A DNA stretch of 64,000 nt from an uncultured Bacteroidales bacterium (lineage in GTDB: Bacteria; Bacteroidota; Bacteroidia; Bacteroidales; WCHB1-69), in the NCBI GenBank assembly GCA_947165685.1, contig CAMVBK010000004.1, positions 35,749 through 99,748 of the forward strand, written 5' to 3'. How positions within the stretch are numbered: the stretch's first letter is position 1; every line of letters begins with the position of its first letter. A model generated the notes under the pieces. It made no database searches. It saw only the letters and a program-made list of their open reading frames with translations, and was not told the DNA's origin. Made by a program: the position numbers and the translations under genes. Shown piece by piece: positions 41,793 through 50,696 of the stretch.

Positions 41793-41830
41793 GCGCAGAA
41801 GGATGTCCCCATGGGATGTCCTTTTTGCGT
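41793..41830 (+). terminator. Hairpin downstream of the four-helix-bundle gene
   Basis: gcgcagaaggatgtccc-cat-gggatgtcctttttgcgt, an imperfect stem with G-U pairs. Confidence 0.5.
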
Positions 41831-41863
41831 TGAATAAATAAAGTTACACTTAAATTAGAAACA

Positions 41864-43942
41864 ATGAAGCCCAAACATCTTCTTTTAGCTTTCCTCCTTA
41901 TTCCCGCCATTCTCTCCTCGAAAACGTTGACCAAAAGCGAGATGAAGACGTTGGGAACACTTGCCTTTCAACAGAAGGCCCAAGCGATGTGCCCGGAAGC
42001 GGCCGGTTTTTCGCTCAAGGGGTGTGAATTCATTGCGGACGGCGGCTCGCTGTACATGGCAGTGCTGCATTTCGAACATGGTTTTCTTGTCTTGTCGGCG
42101 GAAGATGCCGTGATGCCCGTGTTGGCATACGATTTTTCCAATGATATAAACCTGGGCGACATGTCCCCGGCCACCGAACGCCTGCTGCAGCAGTATCGCG
42201 AGGAAATTGACGCCGTGCGCCGGCTTCAGCTGCCGCCCACGGAACGGGTCCAAAACGCATGGGATGCCCTGCGCCATCCCTCCCGCGCGACCACGGCTGA
42301 GACAGTGGTCGCCCCGTTGCTGACCTCCGCGTGGAACCAAAACAAATACTACAACTACTATTCGCCGAAGGACGAGAACTCTCCTGCCGGCTATGACGGC
42401 AAAACTCCCAATGGCTGCGTGGCCATCGCCATGTCACAGATTATCTATTATTACCGTTTCCCGGAGACAGGTAGCAGCAGTCATACGAACTACACATACG
42501 GGTACGGAAGCTTTCATGTCAACTTCGCAGAGCAACATTACCACTACGAAGCCATGACCGACCAGCTCAGTTATTATAACGAAGAGGTGGCCAAATTGAT
42601 TTTTCACTGCGCTACAGCGGTTGACATGCAGTACGGCGCCGATGGCTCTGGAGCTTATTCGCAAAGTGTCCCTACCGCCATGTCCACCTATTTCAAGTAC
42701 AGTTTCGACGCGCAGCACGAGAGTAAGCACCAGTTTTCCGATGCCGCCTGGCATTCTAAACTGAAGGAAGATCTCGATGTCCGCCGCCCTGTTTATTATT
42801 CGGGATATTCCGAAGAGGGCGGACATGCTTTTGTATGCGATGGCTACGACAGCGACGACTATTTCCATTTCAATTTCGGATGGGGCGGCCAAGGCAACGG
42901 TTTCTATCTGACTGAGAGCAGCGACGACTCGGCGGTCAATGGCTACAGTGGTTGGCAGTCGGCCATCTTCGATCTCCACCCCCGCAACGACCTCTATCCT
43001 TCCTATTGTAGCGATCGCGTGTTGACGGCCGTGAATGGAACTTTGGAAGACGGCAGCGGCATTTTCGAATACCAGAACAATTCGAACTGCACATATCTCA
43101 TCACCCATCCCAACCAGTACACCGTGAACGTTACTCTTCAATACCTTTTTTCGGAGGAGGGTCACGATTATCTCAGGTTCTGGAACGGAAATCCCGCCAA
43201 AGACAGCCTTTTGCTGGAACTCTCCGGTACAAAGGGAAACACCAACTACTCCTTTAACACGGACAGCCTCTACATCACCTTCGAGACCGATGATTCGGCG
43301 ACTGCGCAGGGCTGGCGGTTGAGCTACCAGTCGAACCGCGATGGGATAGGTTGCGGCACCTATTCCACTCATGAAACCTCCGGCATCATTAGCGACAAAA
43401 GTGAAGAAAACAACTATCGCGACAATTCCAATTGTACGTGGATGATTCGTTTGTCCAATGTCCCGTCTGTCACGTTCTTTTTCGATGAATTGGACATCAG
43501 CCCCGAAGACCATCTTGATTTCTACAACTTAGCCTCCAGCCCCAATGAACTTTTGGCAAGTTATTCGGGGAATAGCCTGCCCGAGCCACTTACGCTCAAT
43601 ATCAGTAAGATACGGGTGCATTTTGTTTCTGACAACTATTTGAATGCACAGGGTTTCAAAGTCCGTTGGTCAACATCCCAGGCCGGCATCGAAGAGTTTT
43701 GCACTTCAACGAACGTTTATCCCAATCCTGCCGCCGATGTGTTGCACGTTGTCTTAGGGGAGATGCTGGATGAATGTCATGTGTCTTTGTTTGACGCGGT
43801 GGGCAATGCGGTGTATGCGCAGGCATTCAGTCTGGCGGATCGAATGGATATTCCCGTCCAGCATCTGCCGAATGGCATCTATGTAATGCATCTGGAGAGC
43901 CAGGGCCGCACTATGCATCAGAAAATTGTGATCAGCCATTAA
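41864..43942 (+). CDS. C10 (streptopain/interpain-like) cysteine peptidase with CUB-like domains and a T9SS C-terminal signal
   Basis: WNQ, GCVAIAMSQ (catalytic Cys) and GGHAFVCDGY...HFNFGWGG (His). Two CUB-like repeats (YQNNSNCTY, YRDNSNCTW) and a CTD (VYPNPA...LPNGIY...KIVI). Confidence 0.9.
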   Translation: MKPKHLLLAFLLIPAILSSKTLTKSEMKTLGTLAFQQKAQAMCPEAAGFSLKGCEFIADGGSLYMAVLHFEHGFLVLSAEDAVMPVLAYDFSNDINLGDMSPATERLLQQYREEIDAVRRLQLPPTERVQNAWDALRHPSRATTAETVVAPLLTSAWNQNKYYNYYSPKDENSPAGYDGKTPNGCVAIAMSQIIYYYRFPETGSSSHTNYTYGYGSFHVNFAEQHYHYEAMTDQLSYYNEEVAKLIFHCATAVDMQYGADGSGAYSQSVPTAMSTYFKYSFDAQHESKHQFSDAAWHSKLKEDLDVRRPVYYSGYSEEGGHAFVCDGYDSDDYFHFNFGWGGQGNGFYLTESSDDSAVNGYSGWQSAIFDLHPRNDLYPSYCSDRVLTAVNGTLEDGSGIFEYQNNSNCTYLITHPNQYTVNVTLQYLFSEEGHDYLRFWNGNPAKDSLLLELSGTKGNTNYSFNTDSLYITFETDDSATAQGWRLSYQSNRDGIGCGTYSTHETSGIISDKSEENNYRDNSNCTWMIRLSNVPSVTFFFDELDISPEDHLDFYNLASSPNELLASYSGNSLPEPLTLNISKIRVHFVSDNYLNAQGFKVRWSTSQAGIEEFCTSTNVYPNPAADVLHVVLGEMLDECHVSLFDAVGNAVYAQAFSLADRMDIPVQHLPNGIYVMHLESQGRTMHQKIVISH

Positions 43943-43999
43943 ACATGCGTTGGGAAAATCCGTCTTAATGGCAAAGTTAACCCCAAAAAAATCAAAACG

Positions 44000-45274
44000 A
44001 TGAAAAAGTTAATGATGTTGATGAGTATCTTCCTGATGACTGGTTTAGTGTCGATGGAAGTTTGGGGCCAAACGCCCGCCTCATCCAGAAGCAACACCGC
44101 AGGCAGCAGAATCTCTTCTTCGGCCTCGGAGACTAAACAAAACAGCTCGTCAACCTCTAATCAGGTTACGCGCCAGATTCGGAGAGGTGACGCACAACTG
44201 AACAAAGCGAACAGTAGCTACCAGAGAGCGCAGAGCATGTCGCGTCCGGCCTCTACAAACAAGATTCCGTCAAATGCCCGTCCGGCCACAACGACGACTT
44301 CTCGCCCCTCTGCCACCACGAACTCGGACTCAAGAACTCCCGCGACAACAGCCCGTCCCGCGACGACCAACTCGACCTCAAGGACTCCTGCGACGATTGC
44401 TCGTCCTGCCAACACTAACTCAACCTCAAAGACTCCTGCGACGACCGTTCGCCCGGCTGCCAATAACACGGCGACAGGCAAAACCCCTGCGGCTTCCACG
44501 GCTCGTCCTGCTGCAAACACAGCGGTAACCCCTGCCAACTCTGCCTCAACGAGCAACGGCCGTATAACAGGCAGAACCCCGGATGCTACAGGGAAGACTC
44601 CCGCCGCCACTACTGCACGGGAAGCGACCCCGATCTCCAGCAGCGCGGTCACGGAGGCCTCCACGTACGAAAGACGTGGCTACACGGAGCAAGGACAGGC
44701 AAAACCGCAGCCCGTCACAGGACCTCGTACCGAAGGTAACGGCAATGTGCCCAACAACAGCGGCAACAGCGGTAACAGTAACAAGCCTGGCGGCCCTGGT
44801 CCGAGTCACGGCCCGAATCATGGTCCTGCGCCTCACAACCCCTACGTGCACCCGAATCACCACCGCTACAACGACCACATGCGTGTACCCCGTCACGTCA
44901 GACCGGTTTACTATCACGGAGTCCCCTACTACTTCTACAACAGCGTCTATTGCCGCTACATCAATGGTTACTACGTCATCTGCCGTCCGCCCCTTGGAGC
45001 CGTCATCGCCTACGCGATTTTCAACACCTGGAGACCCGTGGTTGTGGTCCACAACAAAGTCAATTACTACTACGACGATGGCACTTTTTACCTCCCGTAC
45101 AACAATAATTACCAAGTTGTGGCCCCTCCGATTGGTGCAAGAGTGGCGGAACTGCCCAGCAACTATGAAGAAATAATCCTCGACCACACCCTCTATTACA
45201 AAGTGGATAACGTTTATTATAAGGCAGTTGTAGTGAGCGGATACATTTGGTATGAAGTGGTTTTCGTCAGCTAA
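44000..45274 (+). CDS. Exported protein with a long Thr/Ala/Pro/Arg low-complexity stalk and a Tyr-rich C-terminal domain (DUF6515-like)
   Basis: Signal peptide ending VWG-Q. C-terminus has YYFYNSVY, PPLGA, YYYDDGTFY and VVAPPIGARVAELP. Confidence 0.7.
   Translation: MKKLMMLMSIFLMTGLVSMEVWGQTPASSRSNTAGSRISSSASETKQNSSSTSNQVTRQIRRGDAQLNKANSSYQRAQSMSRPASTNKIPSNARPATTTTSRPSATTNSDSRTPATTARPATTNSTSRTPATIARPANTNSTSKTPATTVRPAANNTATGKTPAASTARPAANTAVTPANSASTSNGRITGRTPDATGKTPAATTAREATPISSSAVTEASTYERRGYTEQGQAKPQPVTGPRTEGNGNVPNNSGNSGNSNKPGGPGPSHGPNHGPAPHNPYVHPNHHRYNDHMRVPRHVRPVYYHGVPYYFYNSVYCRYINGYYVICRPPLGAVIAYAIFNTWRPVVVVHNKVNYYYDDGTFYLPYNNNYQVVAPPIGARVAELPSNYEEIILDHTLYYKVDNVYYKAVVVSGYIWYEVVFVS
44275..44520 (+). 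repeat. Intragenic ~48-bp (16-aa) degenerate tandem repeat
   Basis: Translated units include RTPATTARPATTNSTS, RTPATIARPANTNSTS, KTPATTVRPAANNTATG and KTPAASTARPAANT. Confidence 0.75.
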
Positions 45275-45340
45275 AAAAAAATTTTCATAAAGTGTTGCGC
45301 GGTAAAGAAAAAAATGTATCTTTGCCGCGCAATTCGCTTT

Positions 45341-45411
45341 TGCCCTGTTGTGTAATGGTAGCACCGCAGATTCTGGTTCTGTTTGTATGGGTTCGAATCC
45401 TATCGGGGCAA
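45341..45411 (+). tRNA. tRNA-Gln(CTG)
   Basis: Acceptor stem TGCCCTG/CGGGGCA, D-loop TAATGGTA, anticodon arm GCAGA-TTCTGGT-TCTGT and T-loop GTTCGAATC. CCA is not encoded. TATCTTTG box at 45317-45324. Confidence 0.95.
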
Positions 45412-45413
45412 CA

Positions 45414-45451
45414 AAAAAACTGAATTCCAAGTCGGGATTCAGTTTTTTTTT
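45414..45451 (+). terminator. Intrinsic terminator after the tRNA
   Basis: aaaaaactgaattcc-aagtc-gggattcagttttttttt, a stem flanked by A and T tracts. Confidence 0.8.
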
Positions 45452-45507
45452 GCATCTTTGCCGAGTCTTATTTCAAACCACAAAAAGTTTCACCAAATCA
45501 AGTCAAA

Positions 45508-46137
45508 ATGTTAGTATTGGGTATTGCCGGCGGATCCGGATCAGGAAAAACCTCCGTGGTGCAGAAAATTGTAAATCAATTCCCGAAACATCATGTCAGT
45601 GTGTTGTCGCAGGATGCCTACTATCGCGACAACGGCGAACTTACGCAAGCGGAGAAAGAGCAGATTAACTTCGACCACCCATCGGCTATCGAATTTCCGC
45701 TTTTAGTGGAACATATCTGCCGGCTTAAGGCGGGGGAGACTATTCCGATGCCCACCTATTCGTACGTGACCTGCCGACGCGGTGAGGAGACCATTCCCGT
45801 ACATCCTGCGGAAGTTCTCATCGTGGAGGGCATTCTCATCTTCACGAACCCCGAGCTTTGCGACACTCTCGACATCAAGGTGTTCGTAGATACCGATGCC
45901 GACGAGCGCCTCATCCGTATCATCACCCGCGATGTCATTGAGCGCGGACGCGGCCTCGACAAGTCCATCCGCCATTACCGTCACTTCGTGAAGCCCATGC
46001 ACGAGCTCTTTATTGAGCCCACCAAGCGTTATGCCGACATTATTATCCCTGAAGGCGGGCATAACAATATCGGCATTGATATTCTGACGGCCAAGATTCG
46101 GGAGACGCTGTATGGTGATGCGAAAAGAAGTTGTTGA
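45508..46137 (+). CDS. udk: Uridine kinase
   Basis: GIAGGSGSGKT, SQDAYY, INFDHP, IVEGILIF and IEPTKRYADIIIP motifs. Confidence 0.95.
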   Translation: MLVLGIAGGSGSGKTSVVQKIVNQFPKHHVSVLSQDAYYRDNGELTQAEKEQINFDHPSAIEFPLLVEHICRLKAGETIPMPTYSYVTCRRGEETIPVHPAEVLIVEGILIFTNPELCDTLDIKVFVDTDADERLIRIITRDVIERGRGLDKSIRHYRHFVKPMHELFIEPTKRYADIIIPEGGHNNIGIDILTAKIRETLYGDAKRSC

Positions 46138-46206
46138 AGTTTCTTGAGGCTGCACCTGCTTGCCTGGAAGGGGCTTTCCATTGACCCTGAGGCAAGGAAG
46201 AGCGTC

Positions 46207-46965
46207 TTACTGAAGCAGCTGCATAATTTCTTTGACAATGGCGCGGGAGTAGGCGTTGGCCACTTCGATGATAAACTTGTTGAAGTCGAAGCGGGCGTTG
46301 TGGTCGGCGGTGTCGCTGATGGTGCGGACGACAGTGAACGGCACGCCGAACTCGATGCAGACTTGCGCCACGGCTGCACCCTCCATTTCCACGCACTGGA
46401 CATCTGGCAGCAGGCTCAGGATTTCGTTGCGCTTTTCGATGCTGTTGATGAATTGGTCGCCGCTGGCGATGTCGCCGAAATATAAGGTCGGATTCAAGCA
46501 AAACTCTTTCACTGCCGTTGGCCCCACCATCTGTTCAGCCCCTTTTTTGATGAGATTGGAGACTGCCTTGCCTGCCAACGCGGTGAGTTCCGGATCGCTA
46601 TCGACGTAGATGCGGTTGAGCAGCGGCAACTCGAAACGCGAGATCATAGGGCGGGCATCCAGGTCGTGCTGCACGAGCCGTTTGGAGATGACGATGTCGC
46701 CCACTTTCAGTCCGTCGGCCAGTGCGCCCGCCGTGCCGATGAAGAAAAGGTCGGTGACACCGAACTCATTCAGCATCAGTGTGGCTGTGATGGAGGCTGC
46801 CACTTTGCCCCACTTGGAAAAGGCCACCACGCAGTCGATGCCATTGATTTTACCCTTCGCAAACTCACGGTTTGCAATTTGCATCACGGACTTGTTGTCC
46901 AGCAGCTTTTTCACTTCATCTATTTCCTGTGCCATTGCGCCCAGGATGCCAATAATTCTGTTCAT
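46207..46965 (-). CDS. mtnN: 5'-methylthioadenosine/S-adenosylhomocysteine nucleosidase
   Basis: IGILGAM, GKVAAS, IASGDQFI, VEMEGAAVAQVC and RTISDTAD motifs. Confidence 0.92.
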   Translation of the reverse strand: MNRIIGILGAMAQEIDEVKKLLDNKSVMQIANREFAKGKINGIDCVVAFSKWGKVAASITATLMLNEFGVTDLFFIGTAGALADGLKVGDIVISKRLVQHDLDARPMISRFELPLLNRIYVDSDPELTALAGKAVSNLIKKGAEQMVGPTAVKEFCLNPTLYFGDIASGDQFINSIEKRNEILSLLPDVQCVEMEGAAVAQVCIEFGVPFTVVRTISDTADHNARFDFNKFIIEVANAYSRAIVKEIMQLLQ

Positions 46966-47057
46966 ATTCTATATTATATTTTTATTTCAAGTGGCAAAAA
47001 TACATATTTTTAAGATGTTTTCCAAATAAAAAAGCGAAAATAGTTTTTTTTCAGCAT

Positions 47058-47102
47058 AAAAAAACACCGCCTTGTGTACAACTGGCACAAGGCGGTGTTT
47101 TT
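47058..47102 (-). terminator. Intrinsic terminator downstream of dpp7
   Basis: aaaaacaccgccttgtg...cacaaggcggtgttttt, a 17-bp perfect inverted repeat. Confidence 0.85.
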
Positions 47103-47118
47103 GATGCAATATGAAAGG

Positions 47119-49263
47119 CTATTGCACGATTTTCAGTTCCTGCATCAGGTTCTGGGCGTTGGCCATCTTGTCGATGATGAAGAGCAGGTAGCGCATGTCC
47201 ATGCAGATGGTGCGCTGCACTTCGTTCTCGAAGGCGATGTCACCGCTCATGGCTTCCCAGTTGCCGTCGAAGGCCAGTCCCACGAGATTGCCGTTGGCGT
47301 CGATGACGGGGCTGCCGGAGTTGCCGCCCGTGATGTCGTTGGTGGTGATGAAGTTGACCACCAAGTCGCCGTTTTCATTGGCATAGCGGCCGTAATCGTG
47401 GTTTTCCCACAGTTTGATGAGGTCTTGCGGCACGTCAAACTCCCAGTTGCCGGGTTTGTACTTGGCCATCACGCCGTCAAGGGTGGTGATGTAGTTGTAG
47501 GTGACACCATCTGCCGGCTTGCAGTCTTGCACGCTGCCGTAAGTGAGGCGCATGGTGAAGTTGGCATCGGGATAGAAGTTGCGGTCTTTTTGCATCTCCA
47601 TTAACCCTTCCATATAGAGGCGGTTGGCGCGTTCGCATTCCACTTTTTCGGCCTGTTCGTCCAAATTCCAATAGGACTGCAGGATGTCGTACATCAGGGC
47701 ATAGATAGGGTCTTTTGAGAGTGATTTCGGGTTTTCCATCCAGGCCTCCAGTTTGGATTTGTCAACCAGGACCGACTTCGCGAAGGCATTGTCCACGAAA
47801 GCGGTGAAATCGCCATGGTTCTTGTCACCCACCTTTTTGATGGTGGTGGGCAGCTGGTCGGGGGCCACATCTTTGTAGAACAGGTTCAGCAGGGCGATGG
47901 TGACATCGCGGTCCAACGCTTTGTTATAATCTTTGAAGAAATCCTCCACGGAAGCTTTCATGTTTTGGGCATTTGCAACAATTTTGTCGTGCGATGCCAG
48001 TTTTTCTTCGATAGCCCGATTGATAGGTCTGAACCGCAGGGCGAACGTAACGGCCTCGCCGCCGTGCCAGCCTGCCTCACGGTGGTAGATCAACGCTTTT
48101 TGGTATTTGGACTGATGGTTCCAGTATTTGTTCATTTCGTCGAAGATGCCGTCATACTTGGCTTTGCGGTTTTTGTCTTGTGCGGCCCATTGGCGGAAAG
48201 CCTGTTCCTGCTCCAATCGTTTCTCATAGACTTTGTTGCGTTTCAGCTGCTTCACCTGGCCGATGTAGTATTTCCAGTAGTTGCTGACGCTGGCCTGTTT
48301 GGATGCATACTGGATGAAGACGGCAGGGTCGGCGTCCATGTGCTTGCGGTATTGTTCCAATTTGGTAGTACGGCAATCCACGATGGCAGGGCCTTCGAGC
48401 TCGATGATGTTCTTCACGGCGCCGGAGGCGGAGTAGCGGTCAGTGGAGCCAGGATAGCCCAAAATCATGGTGTAGTCGCCGGGTTGCACACCTTTCAGCG
48501 AGATGGGCAGGTAGTGCTTCGACTTCATGGGGATGTTGTCCTTGCTGTACTTGGCGGGGGAGCCGTCGGGGGCGGTATAGACGCGGAAGATGCAGAAGTC
48601 GCCCTTGTGACGCGGCCACGTCCAGTTGTCGGTGTCGGCGCCGAATTTGCCGATGCCCCACGGCGGGCAGGCCACGAGGCGAACATCCTTATAGACGTCG
48701 TACTCGAACAGGATGTATTGGTTGCCGTGATAGAACGGCACGATTTCCACTTCCACATCGCGTTTGCCTTTGCGCTCGATGGTCAGTTTCTTGCCGTTTT
48801 CCGAAATCTTCGCGGCACGGTCGGCTTCGGACATGCCGTCGGTGACACCTTTCAGGATAGCTGTCGTAACATCCTCGATGTAGGCGAGGAAAGAGACGGT
48901 GAGCCCTTCGTTGGGGAGCTCTTCGGCCTTGCTGCGGGCCCAGAAACCGTCCTGCAGGTAGTCGTGCTCCACGGAGGAGTGGGCCTGCACTTGGCCGAGG
49001 CCGCAGTGGTGGTTGGTGAGCAACAGCCCCTCAGGGGAGATGAGCTCGCCGGTGCAGCCGCCACCGAACTGCACGATGGCGTCTTTCAGGCTGGGCTGGT
49101 TGAAACTGAAAATTTGTTCGGCCGTCAGTTTGCAGCCAAGTCGCTGCATGTCAGCCAAATTTTGGCCATTGATGGAGTAGGGGAGCCACATGCCCTCGTC
49201 GGCTCGGGCACCCATGACAAGCATCATCAAGGCGATGCACAAAAGGTTGGTTTTCTTTCTCAT
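47119..49263 (-). CDS. dpp7: S46 dipeptidyl peptidase, DPP7 type
   Basis: ADEGMWLP, TNHHC, FGADTDNWTWPRH and TGGNSGSP. FDGNWEAMSGD has Gly rather than Arg, which is DPP7-like rather than DPP11-like. Confidence 0.88.
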   Translation of the reverse strand: MRKKTNLLCIALMMLVMGARADEGMWLPYSINGQNLADMQRLGCKLTAEQIFSFNQPSLKDAIVQFGGGCTGELISPEGLLLTNHHCGLGQVQAHSSVEHDYLQDGFWARSKAEELPNEGLTVSFLAYIEDVTTAILKGVTDGMSEADRAAKISENGKKLTIERKGKRDVEVEIVPFYHGNQYILFEYDVYKDVRLVACPPWGIGKFGADTDNWTWPRHKGDFCIFRVYTAPDGSPAKYSKDNIPMKSKHYLPISLKGVQPGDYTMILGYPGSTDRYSASGAVKNIIELEGPAIVDCRTTKLEQYRKHMDADPAVFIQYASKQASVSNYWKYYIGQVKQLKRNKVYEKRLEQEQAFRQWAAQDKNRKAKYDGIFDEMNKYWNHQSKYQKALIYHREAGWHGGEAVTFALRFRPINRAIEEKLASHDKIVANAQNMKASVEDFFKDYNKALDRDVTIALLNLFYKDVAPDQLPTTIKKVGDKNHGDFTAFVDNAFAKSVLVDKSKLEAWMENPKSLSKDPIYALMYDILQSYWNLDEQAEKVECERANRLYMEGLMEMQKDRNFYPDANFTMRLTYGSVQDCKPADGVTYNYITTLDGVMAKYKPGNWEFDVPQDLIKLWENHDYGRYANENGDLVVNFITTNDITGGNSGSPVIDANGNLVGLAFDGNWEAMSGDIAFENEVQRTICMDMRYLLFIIDKMANAQNLMQELKIVQ

Positions 49264-50690
49264 TTGGATTGGCTTTTTGAATATGCAAAAGTACGTTTTT
49301 TTTCAGCTCGTAGCTTTATCAAGTTCTTGTTCCTGGAGACAGGCAGTTTGTCACCGCTCAGCTCGTCAATGTATTTTTCCGGTTCGGTGCGGATCAGGTA
49401 GAGGGCGTTTTCGTACAACGCTTGTTCGACGCTTATGTTTCGGGCTTTGGCGGACCTCACGGTTTCGGCGTGCCACTCCGGGTTGGCCTCGATGATTTTC
49501 ATGACTTTCCGTGCGATGGAGTCGGTGGCTTCTTTGTCGAAGCAGAGGCGGACCAGCGCGTTGGGAAGAAATTGGCTGCCAAGCTCGTAAAGTTGCAAAG
49601 TGCCGTAATTGAGCATGATGTAGTCGGCGCTCATCAGCTCACTGTCGAGATCCAGATCCAGCGTGGAGCCGTTTTCGTGTTCCTCGTCCCCATGAACCTC
49701 GTAGTTGTAATACCAATAGGGGGCTTTCCGAAATATCTCAAGCATGGGGATGTTGAAGACAAAATTCCAGTAGAAAGAGTCGCCGATGGTAAGGAGCGAG
49801 GGCTTCTCGGCGGTGCTGTCGTGCACGACCTTGACATCAGCGTAATAATAAGGCGGGGATTTGATTTTGAAGGCCAGGTTGAGTACCTTTTCGAGGTCAT
49901 TGTCCGGGTATCGGGCGTCCGCCTCATATTTTTCGCCTATTTCTATGTTGTTGAGATTCTGGTTTCCAAGGACTTCGATATACCGGATGATGGAGTCGAA
50001 AACATGGACGGCGGCGATGTTGCTCCAATGGATTCCTGTCTTGTAGTACAAAGGATATTCCGCCGAATTCTTGATGGCTTTGAAGATTGGAACGTTGTCA
50101 ATATAGTTGATACCCAGTTCGTTGAACCGTTTTATGTAGAACTCATACGCACGGACTCCCACCGGCCTCGAATAGGACTTGTTTTCGGGGAGATATTCCG
50201 GATAGATGACATCCTTGCCGGGGTTGATGTTGACGAAGATGTGGATGCCGTGCTCTTTCAGCAATTCTTGCACCTTCCACATTCTAAGCGCTTCAGTTTC
50301 AAATATTTGCTTCATCGCAGCCGTGTCGTCCGTGTATTTGTACATGGAACTTTCGTAGTGGTCTCTGACATACACCTCCTCGAACAGCCATCCGTCTTTC
50401 CCTTCCATGATGGTGGAGTTGTTGGCCTCGCCGAAGCAGCTCCAAAGCCATTGGTTGTAGGCGCGGATCAGCCATTCCCGGAATCCGCAGTGCTCCCGCA
50501 GATATTTCTCTGTTTCGCTTTGGAATGTGCCGTCGGTGTAGCTTTTGAGTGTGAGTTTCGGCTTTTCGGTCTCCATGACGGCACCATTGAGCGCCGGCAG
50601 CGGTAGGAGGCCGGTAAAAGTCTGGAACAAAACAAGTGACAGTAGCGCCACCGTGGCAACAAACAGGATTTTATGGAAATGTTTCTTCAT
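49260..50690 (-). CDS. AlgJ/AlgX-like SGNH O-acetyltransferase
   Basis: N-terminal TM, EGKDGWLF, PGKDVIYPEYLP, YKTGIHW and IGDSF. Directly follows the MBOAT gene. Confidence 0.75.
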   Translation of the reverse strand: MKKHFHKILFVATVALLSLVLFQTFTGLLPLPALNGAVMETEKPKLTLKSYTDGTFQSETEKYLREHCGFREWLIRAYNQWLWSCFGEANNSTIMEGKDGWLFEEVYVRDHYESSMYKYTDDTAAMKQIFETEALRMWKVQELLKEHGIHIFVNINPGKDVIYPEYLPENKSYSRPVGVRAYEFYIKRFNELGINYIDNVPIFKAIKNSAEYPLYYKTGIHWSNIAAVHVFDSIIRYIEVLGNQNLNNIEIGEKYEADARYPDNDLEKVLNLAFKIKSPPYYYADVKVVHDSTAEKPSLLTIGDSFYWNFVFNIPMLEIFRKAPYWYYNYEVHGDEEHENGSTLDLDLDSELMSADYIMLNYGTLQLYELGSQFLPNALVRLCFDKEATDSIARKVMKIIEANPEWHAETVRSAKARNISVEQALYENALYLIRTEPEKYIDELSGDKLPVSRNKNLIKLRAEKKRTFAYSKSQSK

Positions 50691-50696
50691 GGCTGG

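Noticed and set aside
45341-45451. Integrative element at tRNA-Gln
   Set aside because: The tRNA is followed directly by its terminator and udk. No integrase or duplicated tRNA 3' end was seen.
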